DNA of 64,000 nt. Source: Geosiphon pyriformis uo1. Its lineage: Eukaryota; Fungi; Glomeromycota. The stretch spans positions 158,388-222,387 of the forward strand of contig JAAOMT010000197.1 of the NCBI GenBank assembly GCA_016748015.1, read 5' to 3'. Below, piece after piece: positions 49,217 to 60,617 of this stretch; position 1 is the stretch's first letter; the number at the start of each line of letters is the position of its first letter. The notes beneath the pieces were generated by a model that saw only the letters and a program-made list of their open reading frames with translations, did not search any database and was not told the origin of the DNA. Position numbers and translations under genes: made by a program.

Positions 49217-52200
49217 GATAGTAGGTAATTAAGGAGTTTGGCGATGTTTGAAAAGTTTTCTACAAAGCGGCGGTAGTAAGATGCGAGTCCTAAAAAGCTT
49301 CTAACTTCTGAGACATTTCGAGGTACTGGAAAATTTTTCACTTTGTCTATTTTTGATAGATCTGGTTTTATTCCATCTTTTCCAACTACGTGTCCTAAAA
49401 ATGCTAGCTCATTTTTCCCAAAGAAACATTTTTCTAGATTTAGTTTAAGTCCAGCGTGTCTCAATCTCTCAAAAACTTGTTGTAAATATTGGAGATGATC
49501 TGTGAATTTTGACGAGAAAACATTTGTATCATCCAAGTAGACAACAACGGATTGCCACAGGATTCCGGAGTAAATTACGTCCATTAGTCTTTGGAATGTC
49601 ACGGGAGCGTTTGTTAATCCAAATGGCATTACATTGAACTCATAATTGCCATTTTGTGTTGTGAATGCTGTTTTATGCCTGTCCTTTGGGTCCATTTCCA
49701 CTTGCCAGTACCCACTGGTCAAGTCCAGTGTAGAAAACCATTTTGCTCCTCCAAAAACGTTGAAGATTTCGTCAATTAATGGTATTGGGTATGAGTCTTT
49801 GGTTGTTTTGCTGTTTAGTTTGTGATAGTCGATGCAAAATCTAATTTTTCCGTTTTTTTTCCTTACTAAAACAACTGGTGAGGACCATGGGCTCATTGAT
49901 GGTTGTATTATTCCTTTTTCCAACATGCTTTGGACTTCTTCTCTGATAAAATTATGCTCCATTGGTGGGACACAGTAAGCACGTTGTTTTTCAGGTCTGG
50001 CGTCTCCAGTGGGGATTTGGTATTGAACCAAGTTGGTTCTTCCAAATTCGCCATTTCTTGAAAATATATCAGAGTATTTTAAAATTAATGCTTTTAATTG
50101 TCGCTGTTAGTCGGGATCCATTGTTCCAATGTTTAATTTGGCCAATTCTTCTGGCATAAATTGATAGCATTCTACTGGTTGTTGCCAATTTATTGAAGTG
50201 AGTTCACAGTAAAGGGCGATTTCTGGGAAATTTAGAATTTCTTGTGGTGTTGACGCGTTTTCTAGCTCCGTTCCAAGGTATCCAATAATGGTATCTTCCG
50301 GAATGTAGACGGGTTCTTCTGTGGTGTTTGCGATAGAAATTTTTATCCATTGAGCTTTATCAGCTGGAATAAAAAGATTAGTAAGTCCTATGAGAAACTG
50401 TTGGCAAGTTTCTGAGTAGGGCTCAAATATTAGGTCTTTTTCTTTAATTGTCCTTTTTATTCTTATTTCTGATTTTCCATATGGTAAGAGCATGATGGAC
50501 CGCTCATTTTTAATTACTTCGCCTTTTTCCTCTATTGTTTCAGCAAAATTTGCTTCAATTCCTTTTCCTGTCAATCCGAAACCAAAAGTTCCTCTCGTTG
50601 TTTGTGACAATTCCTCACGATTTTCCACTGGCACGAATTTCCCAATTTTTACCAATGGTAGGAAAATTGCTTGTGCAATCTTTTCCTTAGATTCAATGGT
50701 ATAAGGCTTTTCTGAATTGTTCTGTAGTAAAACCATCAAATTTCCAGTGTATCCGGAGTCAATTACTCCTCCTTGAACGCTTATTCCTTTTTTCGTGAGG
50801 CTTGATCGCGACGCCATTTGAACCATTATTCCTGGCGGAATTTCAACCGCTATTTTTAGGTCAATTTTGGTGATGCTCTTGGGTGGTAACGTTGTGGATT
50901 GGTCTTCCGGATAATGTAGATCGAATCTGGCGTCGGTTGGATGGGCTCTTTTGGGTATTATTCCTAAGTGCCCGTTGTCGAAATATCAGATGTCGGTCAC
51001 CTGTTCTAGGTCGGTATAGGCTACAAATTTTTCTGACTCAGGACCATCAGGTAAGTCTTGTTGATTTATTGATTGATTTTGAGACTGCTGATTCTCAATT
51101 TCCATTTTTCTTTCTAAGTCCCTTTCGTCTTGACACTTTTCACAGCACTGACTTTGGCATGGGATGAGACAGTTTTTGCAGAGGTAAGTGTTGATTTGGG
51201 CGAGGTATTGTTCTTGCTCTTGTCGAGTGGGGCATAGTTGTTGGTAGTAGTCCTGGAATTCATCCACTGGGTCGAACATGTTGTAGCTGGCGACTTCGTC
51301 GGCTACTTCGGCTGACTCTTTCCAATGTCGTATTTCTTCAGCGGTTCCTCCTCTTACTTTGGCTTGTGCGGTGTTGTATAACTCGTCCTCGTCGTGTGGA
51401 TAGTGCTGTAGTCTTTTTAACGCTCTGTTGAACGCTGCTTCGAACGGCGTTCCTCCTCTTACCCAGTCACAGATGAGGATCATGTATTGGCAAGTTGCGT
51501 CACACGTTCCTCCTCTGCCTGGTAAGTCATTCCAGTCGCACCCTCTTAGTAACGGTTCTCCACAAGCGAGGCATGGTTCCTCGTCCCATTTTCCGTGTCT
51601 TTCTGGGTAACCATATTTTTCTTTGTTACAACGGTTACAATAGTAGTGAGTGGGGTTTCTTGGGTCTTCGTCTGGTGCACTGCACGCAGTCATAGACGAG
51701 AGTTTCTTCTTGCAAACCGAGCATTCTAGCTTTGGTCTGCGTCGCTGGTGGTTTCTTCGTGAACTTACCTGGTTCCATTCGGATCTTTCTTCGCTGGTCC
51801 ACGTTGGTACGGCTGGTAGTCCTGTTCTTTGGTCATCAGCCCAAGAGAGCTGATAGGTTTCGATGGCTGGTAGTGCTGGATTTTCCTCAAATTCGAAGGT
51901 AGGTCTTTGGTTGGTGCTGGGTTTTTGGAAGTGGCCACAGGTGGCTGGAATTTTGGCCTGGTGGCCATTATAATTGATCAGAAGCTCTTGGGTGATCCAG
52001 TCTAGGATGGCATTGGCTTTTGTTAGCCAGTCATTCCCTACTAACGCTTGATATTGTGTAGCGTCCATTACTAATACTTTTGTAGGTATTACTATGCCGT
52101 TAATTTCGAAAGGGAATGAGTCGATTTCGCCATAAGGCAGCTTTGTATTTCCATCGGCTGTTATGATTTGGGACGTCGCGGCACGATCAACTTTGAAACC

Positions 52201-52384
52201 CAGTTGGTTTACTAGTTGAAGCGTTACGATGCTTCCAGCGGATCCGCTGTTTAAGATAAGTTTGATTGGGGTATTGTTTACAATGGCTTCCATATACATA
52301 GCAGTGATTGGGCGTTTTTTGTCCAATGCTGCTCCACTGAACATAGCCTTGTTTTCCTTTAATTCAAAAGAAAAAATAGCTGCG
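49217..52384 (-). pseudogene. Young, CpG-rich pol segment F: PR, Cys-rich domain, dUTPase, RT (few lesions)
   Basis: ORF 50986-52384; ORF 50107-50826 (SRSSLTKKG, GGVIDSGYTG, KIAQAIF, RGTFGFGLTG); RT to 50031 with intact YLDD; flanked by gaps. Confidence 0.92.
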
Positions 52385-52551
52385 NNNNNNNNNNNNNNNN
52401 NNNNNNNNNNNNNNNNNNNNNNNNNNNNNNNNNNNNNNNNNNNNNNNNNNNNNNNNNNNNNNNNNNNNNNNNNNNNNNNNNNNNNNNNNNNNNNNNNNNN
52501 NNNNNNNNNNNNNNNNNNNNNNNNNNNNNNNNNNNNNNNNNNNNNNNNNNN

Positions 52552-54463
52552 CATTGGATCTAAGTTGGATTGTTGTGGTGGCTGTTGAAGCGGTTGTTGT
52601 TGCACAGATTGTTGGGGTGGTAGTTGAAGTAACTGCTATACAAATTTGGCTATTGGATTAATTGGTGGTTGATCAATAACAATTACTGGAAGTAAGTTTT
52701 GTTGATTTATTAAATCGGGGTTTCGATTATCCTGAATTGGCAATGTCTGAATATTCAGAGTTTTGATTTCCAGATTTTCTGGATTTAGGTTTTGCTGTGT
52801 TTGAGAATTTGGGGTTTCAAATTCCGGGTTTTGGTAAGTGAATTCTTGATCTTCAGCTTTTTCTTCTTCCTCTTTTTCTGATTCCGTTACTTCCCATGGA
52901 TCAGAAATTCCGAAATCTGGGGGAGGCAGTGGCGATCGGAGTCCTGATGACATTGATGATCACGAGTTAAATCCTTCAAAATATGTACTATATGGCCCTA
53001 ATAACTCTGCTTTTCTTTGTTTACTTTGGAATAGGAATCATCCAAATGCTGATGTCATGTTTGATGTGGCTGCGCTGGTAAATGTAATATTAATGGTGCT
53101 TCCGGGTGTATAGTGATATGATGGATTAGTTGGGGACTCAACTCTTGTTTTCTTCCAAGTAAGTGGTTGTATTTTTTTGGGTGTTACTGCTGGTGTTTGC
53201 AGTTTTCTTTTGCCTTTGCTCATGTAAGTAATGGGGTATCTTTGCTGTGTGTGGTGTTCAATTTTTTTATTGATTTTCATGATGATAAAGGTGAAATTGT
53301 GATTTGTTGGCAGGTTGGTATTTTGAATTAATTCACTGTAAAAGACTTCTCTTGCTAATTTGATATTTACTGGTGTTCCTAACAGATAGGTAATTTTTTC
53401 ATTGATGTAGAAATTGAAAGCTAATTCTTTTGATATGTGGTTGTGATTTAATCCCAAATGTTGACAGTAGTATTGAAATAAGAATTTTGCAAATTCTAGA
53501 TGATTTGCTCCTATGTTTTCTGATTTTGCCACTTTTAGATTTGTGTTGGTGCTGGTTTTTTGTAGGATTATACTTCACAGAGAGCACCAAATGTTACAGG
53601 TGACTATTTCTGGTGTTAGATTAAATAACAAAACCTGTAACTTGGTGCTCAAATTTAGTTGCAGTTGATAGTGATCTGAAGGTTTGTGTTTGAAGGGTTT
53701 GTATCCGAAGAGTTTGGTTGAGTTCTTTGTATAATAGACAGAGATTCAATGGTAATAGTTTTATTCATAGCTTTTCGAAACTGCAGTTTCGTCAATTTCT
53801 TTCTCAGCTTGATAACTGGTATTCCTCCTGGTAAGCTATCCTCAATTGAGTGTTCTACCTTTATTTCTGGGTCTATTACCAGTCATGTTTATTCTGACAT
53901 CAGTACCTTGTGTGTTAATTCTCAATAGAGTTAGTAAACAACAATAAAATCAAAACAAGAAATAAAAAAAAGAAAAAAAAATAAAGAAAGAAAAGAAATA
54001 AGCCAAGGCAATTTGCAAGTTAGTATTCTATTAATAGCCATGATCAAGAGCTATTGTTCCAGTGTGGTTAAATATCAATTACTATTAACATGAAGTATTG
54101 ATAGTGGCAGTAGGTTTGAGATAACAAACAGTTATTTATTTGTGGTTTTGAAAATTGTCTAAATGAAATCTAAACTGAGAAGTCTGTCTTTTTAGCTTTT
54201 AATTCTACTGTTATATATACATAATTAAGATTCCTCAATTCCTCAATTCTTCACAACAGAAATCCTGTAATTCCTGGAATTCTGCAATTTTTTTGAGAGG
54301 AATCCTAGAATTCTGGAATCCTATGATTCCTTGTGAGAATCCTGTAATTTCTGGAATCTTGCAATTCCTGAGAGGAATTCTGGAATTCCATATTTTACTA
54401 CGTCTACTTCTGATTAGTTAATAACTATGCTAATATATATTTCCTATATTTCTATGAGTAACA
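52552..54463 (-). mobile_element. LTR retrotransposon E 5' part: LTR 53592-54463, PBS ~53573-53589, gag N-terminus (may continue as segment F)
   Basis: TGTTAC...GTAACA; PBS TGGTGCTCTCTGTGAAG; ORF 53038-53532 homologous to the gag N-termini of A and D. Confidence 0.88.
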
Positions 54464-54873
54464 ATATACTGGTCATATGGTGAAATAGAAATTGATTGAC
54501 AGGTGAAGATAATTTCTTCCTTGTTAACAATTTCTTCCTCTATCATATTGACTGGTACATCTATTTTACTCATAGATTCAAATCCATTAATTCCTTTAGC
54601 TGTTATTCTTAACTCTTCCCTTTTTTTTACTAACACTAATTGGGCTATTTTTACCAGAGGTAAGAATATTGCTTGTGCTATCTTTTCATTTGGTTCAATA
54701 ATATATTCTTTTTCTGAGTTATTTTGTAGTATTGCAATAATATTTTCTACATATCTCACATTAATAATTTTTCCTCTGATTTTGATTTCTCTTTTTGCTA
54801 AACTATTTCTCAAAGCTAATTGAATCATGGTTGTTATTGAAATTTCTATTGTTATTTTCAAATCAATGTATGT
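54464..54873 (-). pseudogene. dUTPase fragment of an older element, sandwiched between two LTR insertions
   Basis: IDLKITIEI...LALRNSLAK...KIAQAIFLPLVKI; closely similar to A 12960-13360. Confidence 0.85.
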
Positions 54874-55259
54874 TGTTACAGGTAAACTTGAAAGGTATGG
54901 GAAATAGTAACGTTTGGTGCTCTCAATTATTGATGATGCGTCTTCCATGTAATTCTGTTGGCTTAGTCTTGATTATCAGTCTCTGAAGGTCTATTCTTGG
55001 ATGTGATTTTACCCATTGAGTTCTTTGGTTATAAGGCACAGAGTTTGTCTTTTATTGATTGCAACATTTTCTGTAAATGTGAGCTTTCTTCTCCAAGCTA
55101 ATGAGCACAGTCATTAGGATCTGGTGTTGTCTTTTCACCCTTCTAGTAAGCTAACAAGATAACATTAATATCCAAAACTTAGGGGGAGCTTTCCTCTTTT
55201 ACCAGGCTATCACAAAGTCTATTCCCAGACAGTCAATTTTACTATGTTGCTACTTCACA

Positions 55260-55260
<1 letters not shown>
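54874..55260 (-). repeat. Truncated D-family LTR (3' ~390 bp)
   Basis: Reverse complement of ~44795-45180; left flank ATGT; no PBS adjacent. Confidence 0.9.
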
Positions 55261-55340
<80 letters not shown>

Positions 55341-55342
55341 TA
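55261..55342. repeat. A64 homopolymer followed by (TA)n
   Basis: Directly visible. Confidence 0.9.
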
Positions 55343-55913
55343 TGTTAATTAAGAATAAAAATTATAAAAGTAATTTTTTGTTAATATAGAATTTAATTTT
55401 TATTTAATAATAATATAATTAAAGAATATATAAAAATATGTTTTATTAAATTACAAATTTGTTAAATAATTAAAAATAATAATGTTTATTATATTAAGAC
55501 TAATGTTTTTAATTTAAAATATATAAATTTTGTTAAAGCAATAACAAAATACAAAAATAAAATATGAAAAAATACAAATATAAATACAAATAAAAAAAAG
55601 TTGAATAACAGATTTAAATTTGGTATTTATGAATTTAATATTATTTAATTAATTAAATGTTAATAAAATTAAAATTAAAAATAAGTTATTGATTTTTCAA
55701 AATACTTTTAATTGTGCTATAATTTTTAAAAACAAAGATAATAAATCATATTACATTGGTGATGTTTAAATTTTGAACCCTGAAATCTTTGGTAATACAA
55801 TGTTTGGTCTTGTCTATATTTGCCCTATCCGTCCTTTGAAAGAAATACATTTTTTGAGATTCAATAGTCTATATATTTAGAATAGGTATTTCTTAGAGCC
55901 ACATTTCTATATA

Positions 55914-57224
55914 ATGTCTTTTAATACGACGTCCCTACCTTCAAATTCATCCACCAGTCCAAGAACACAAGCGATTCGGCGAACTCCTTCAAACTCCTCT
56001 TGGAAAGGTTTTCCGTCTCGCTCTTACAGTGGTGGACTTAGCACGGACTCTGGTGCCACCAAAAGCTTTTTTAACACACCTGGTAGTGCATTAGATTCTG
56101 ACCGTTCGAAAAAATTGGACGATAACATCAAAAACTCCAAGCCTTTTCCTCTTGCAAACGAATGGACCTTTTATCACGACAAGTAAGCTTTTTGATTGTT
56201 TCTATTTGGATCTGACCAACTTTTCCGAAAACCAAGATTGTATAATTGGATATAGAAATATTTTACAAGCGTAATGAAATCGCAAAATACTTTCGTTTTT
56301 TCTCTGCTGTTTTGATAACCATCTCTCAAAATTCATGATCATAGATTTGTTGCAAATGCTACCCCTGGTGAATACGAAGATAACCTCAAGAGTGTCGCAA
56401 CCGTTGCTACTGTGCAGGTATTTCAACCTTATCATTTAGTCTCGTTTTTATTTTCAATTGGGTTTAATAACTGTTACGATACATTTTGCCTTGAATGTAA
56501 GAATTTTTGGGCTGTATATAATAATATTCTAGGCCCAGAAACACTTCAAACAAGAAGTAGCCTTCATTTCATGAAAGCGGGTATACGGCCAGTATGGTAA
56601 GTCATTTTCTCAAATCTTTAATTTTTTTTCAAGCAACGTCTGCCTAGATCTTAAGCCAATTCATCAATCAAACAACTAATTAACACAGTCACATTACGCT
56701 TCGAATGGAAACACAGGGAGGATCCCCAAAATGAAAATGGAGGAGCGTGGTCCTTTCGAGTGAATAAAAATAACACAGCTGTCGTTTGGCGGGAACTGCT
56801 TATGCTTTTGATAGGAGAACAATTTGAAGAATGCGTTGGTCTAGGTAATTCTCTTGTTCATAAGTTCTCAAAGTCAATAATATAGAGTTTTAATAGGAAT
56901 CACGGATTTTCAAAAGATGATGATATATTTGGTTTGACCGTGTCGTCACGATATAATTCCGACATTTTTACTATTTGGAATAAAAATGCTGACGCACACG
57001 ACAAGGCTCAAGTTGTTAACCAATTGACTGATGCGTTGAAACCGATTGAATTGCAGAGTCCATATTATAAAGGTAAGATTTATAATTTCTTGTTATTCTT
57101 GTTATTTGAAAATTAATATATACTCATGTATTTCATTAATTTAAAAGCACATCGGGATCATGCAGATTTCAAGAAAGCAGATATTACTCCCACTTCTCCA
57201 AACGGGCAATCAGGGACACAATGA
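55914..57224 (+). CDS. eIF4E-family cap-binding protein (non-class-I, class III-like), 6 exons: 55914-56182, 56345-56417, 56502-56596, 56717-56844, 56917-57072, 57148-57224
   Basis: FPLANEWTFYHD, TVQNFW, FMKAGIRPVWEDP.NENGGAW, WRELLMLLIGEQF, IWN; GT-AG introns keep the frame. Confidence 0.92.
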
Positions 57225-57766
57225 ATTAACATAAGTGGATTTCGAGTGTTGATTATTCGAGTAGTGTCGATATATGGCTGATGAGAATACCTTAACTGAA
57301 CGAAAGAGCCCAGAAGAATTTATAAACTTATATGTGCTCAAAGCATCTGAACTTTTATTGACTGACGACTTAAAAGTACTGAGATTCTATTCTCAGGCGA
57401 GTCAAGTTTTGTAACAAAAATATTTAGAAAATGAGCTCTTTCAATGTTACTTTTTTTTGGGACTTTTTGAAGTTCTTTTGGTCTTGGACTTCTGTATTGT
57501 TATATTATTGATCTTGATATGGTCTATATTTTTCCCTTTCAAAATAAAAAAAGAATTGTACTGGGTTCTGTGGATTTAAAATAGGGAAACAATCGGATTA
57601 CAAAGTAAACCCGTTAATTTAAGAGATGGAGTTCGTATTGATTTCACTTTTTGATCACGACCAAAAAAGTGAAATGCCCTCTATAAAATGATAACTGATT
57701 TTAACATTACAATAATCAATGCTCGAGAATGCGTAAATTATCTCTATGGTAGAGGAAACTCTTTTC

Positions 57767-58351
57767 TTAAGCCGTCGCTTCTTTTAGATAGGCGATGGTA
57801 TCATTTCGTTCTTTTTCCTTTTTGAATCCAGCAAACGCCATCTTTGTACCAGGGATATATCTATATATTCGGAGAAAATTCAGATATTTTATCAATTCCA
57901 AAATCATATGAAAGAGGACTTACTTTTTTGGATTTTCAAGATAATCAAACAAAGTATCTTCCGCCCATATAACACCCTTACTCTGGTTTGCAGCAGTATA
58001 AGAAAAACCAGCAACGGTCCCAGACTTGCGGCCAAACAATCCGTGCAAATTTGGACCGACTTTATTAGGACCACCCTTTTCTACTGTGTGGCATTGGGCA
58101 CATCTGGTTTTAAAGCTGTGCTCCCAATTTTACCAAGACGTGGAGAAAGTGTCAAAATATCCGAGAAAAGTGTCAAACATTGGAAAAAGTAGCAAAATAA
58201 CTATCAACAAATACTTACAGTTTGGCGCCGTTGGTGGCATCAGCCGTTTCTTTAGGATTCACAGATAAATACAGATCGATTAAAAGATGAAATCGTTTCA
58301 GGAAATTATAGATCAAAAATATATTTAAAATTTACCAGGATTAAAAGGCAT
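57767..58351 (-). CDS. CYC1: Cytochrome c (4 exons; absent from the ORF track)
   Basis: Spliced translation [46 protein letters not shown]...[37 protein letters not shown]; CXXCH haem motif. Confidence 0.96.
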
Positions 58352-58566
58352 ATTTTCAAGAACTTTATGACAAACAGGGAGTAAAAACCGCGAAAGTTTT
58401 TGGAGGAGTAGATCTTGAAAATTTGCGCTCGAGTTTTTTATTTTGGAAATCCTGCTTATGTAATATATAATTTCCGATCCGTTTTCGTCCGTTTTCTTGA
58501 CATCATAATATGTCATAATTTTATAACTCCAATGATTCATAGTTGCAAACTCTAACTTTTGTGAAA

Positions 58567-58609
58567 ACGCGTTTAAATTCCCATCATTTCATCAATTTTT
58601 TGAACGCGT
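58567..58609. promoter_or_regulatory. Two MluI/MCB-like ACGCGT boxes in the divergent cytochrome c / HMG promoter
   Basis: ACGCGT at 58567 and 58604; CGCGAAA at 58389. Confidence 0.45.
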
Positions 58610-58754
58610 TTCAACTAATTATGTGAATTTTTTCCTTGATCGAACATTTTATAAAACGAACACACTCTGGCCGACTTCCCCTTATCTTTAAGCTATCGGC
58701 TGTCATTTCTCCATAACATTTTGGAACTTGTCAAAACGAAAATAAAGTATCGTA

Positions 58755-60312
58755 ATGGAAAGATTATCACTAAACACCGCATTCTCAACGAGGTTATTGG
58801 TACCGTCTAAGACTCCACTTTTCGGATATCTACTTCACCACGAAGAGGTCAGGCTCCAGGTTTTAGCAACTAATCCTACAATGACGGTTGAAAGTTTCTG
58901 TCGCGTACTTGAGAATAAGTGGGAAGGTTTAAGTGAAGTACGTTTGTTGCTCTTACTTTAAAGCCAGGCTTCTCCAAAATTGTTATTAGCTCCCTAACCA
59001 CTACATATCACCTCTTATTTGACAAAGGAAGAGAAACTTGACTACGCAGAAAAAGCCAAAGAGCTTAATTGGCAGAATCTCAGCGGGGTCAGTGTTTAAT
59101 TTTTGATATATCTTTTTAAAGAAGTAATTAATTCGTCCATTTGACACATATTAAATCTAACCAATTTAAATAAAACTTGGACAGGATGAAAAAAATTTAT
59201 ATATCAATCACGTCAAAGAGATGGTCACCGACCTTCATCAAGCTTCATATATTGAACCAAATCTAACACTACATGAATCACCAGAAACTGATGACGATCG
59301 TCCATTCAAAAAGACCAGAATAATACAATACAACCCATTAGAACAAGATGACACCCTCACAAACTATACTGATTACGAAACCTCAGATGATGAGAGTTTT
59401 TTAGGAGAAAATAACGATTATGAACATGATTATTTCCAAAGTCCTCGCAGTCGTTTCTCTGAAGATGGTTCCCTCGATTCTTCAGCTTCCAGTATTTTTG
59501 ATGAAAGCTCACCAACAAAACGATCAACAATTGGATCCATACCAAAGGATCTCAACAACAATCCGATTACATACCCCAAACCTCCTGCTCCCGCTTTCTT
59601 ACACTTTTCAAACCACATAAAACCCATACTTAAAGTGCAGTTCAACGGTCAAACATATGGATTCATCACTAAACTGATTCGTATGAAATGGGAATCAATG
59701 ACCAAAAGAAACCGTGGAATATGGGAACGTAAAGCTAAAGAAGATGAAGATAGGTTTGAGAAAGAAAGACAGCTCTTCCTGACTAACGAAAAAGCTAAAG
59801 AACAACCTCAATTACTTGCTGATGTTACATCCATTGCTACTCTTGCTACAAATCTTGAGGATAAAGAAAACTCAGCATCAATCTCTCGCATCAAAAGCTC
59901 CGCCCGAAGACTAGTTCCAATCAAACCACGTCCCATCTTACCATATCCCCTTCAATCTCGTCCCCTAAATACAGTTGATATCATAAGTCCTTCACCGATC
60001 AAACCACTTTCCAAACTTCCTATCTCACAAACGGAGCAAAAAGAACTCAAGGTTGGTCTACAAGTTCCCATTTCTGCTTTGAATGCGTATCAACATTTCT
60101 GCATCAAAGGGCATTCTGAAGGTCACACTAATGAATTTCTAAATGAGAAGTGGAATTCCTTACAAATGGAAGAACGGTCCGCTTGGGAGAGACAAGCCAA
60201 AAAAGATGAACAAAGGTATATGAAGGAAAAAGAAACTTATATGACTAATCAGTTTCAACGTTATCTGGATTCTCAATTGGGTCAACCGTTTGGAGATTTT
60301 TTCTCAACTTGA
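58755..60312 (+). CDS. Protein with three HMG boxes (3 exons: ~58755-58937, ~59028-59087, ~59186-60312)
   Basis: PLFGYLL...KWEGLSEEEKLDYAEKAKE; PKPPAPAFLHF...KWESMTKRNRGIWERKAKEDEDRF; ALNAYQHF...KWNSLQMEERSAWERQAKKDEQRY. Confidence 0.85.
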
Positions 60313-60617
60313 TTCTAATAATTAAACAATTAAGAGCGGGCTTTAGAATTTCAGGTTGTCTAAGCATTTAGGGTTTGTCAAAATAATCTAGCTTCAGTAT
60401 ATCTCGAGTAAAAAAAAAAAGATGTAAGACGACCGATTCAAAAGTTTTTATTTAGACCGTTTCCCTATTATAAGTTTAAACCTCTTGCACACATTTGTAT
60501 TCACATTTTTCAAAAATTTGATGATTTGTTCAACACAAATTGAGAAATAAATCGTTAATTATTCGAGCTATTCCATGGAGCTTTCTGATAGTCTAATTGA
60601 CAATTTACTATAAAGTT

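Noticed and set aside
2944-52551. Long ORFs made of X residues
   Set aside because: They only span assembly N-gaps (2944-3609, 5477-5975, 15648-15926, 48672-49216, 52385-52551).
54430-54948. 172-aa ORF as an intact dUTPase gene
   Set aside because: Chance fusion of LTR sequence with a degenerate dUTPase fragment whose catalytic motifs are mutated.
57908-58268. Plus-strand ORFs 57908-58192 and 58026-58268
   Set aside because: Antisense shadows of the cytochrome c gene.
58755-60312. Mating-type (sex/MAT) HMG locus
   Set aside because: Three HMGB-like boxes and none of the expected flanking genes (TPT, RNA helicase or homeodomain pair).
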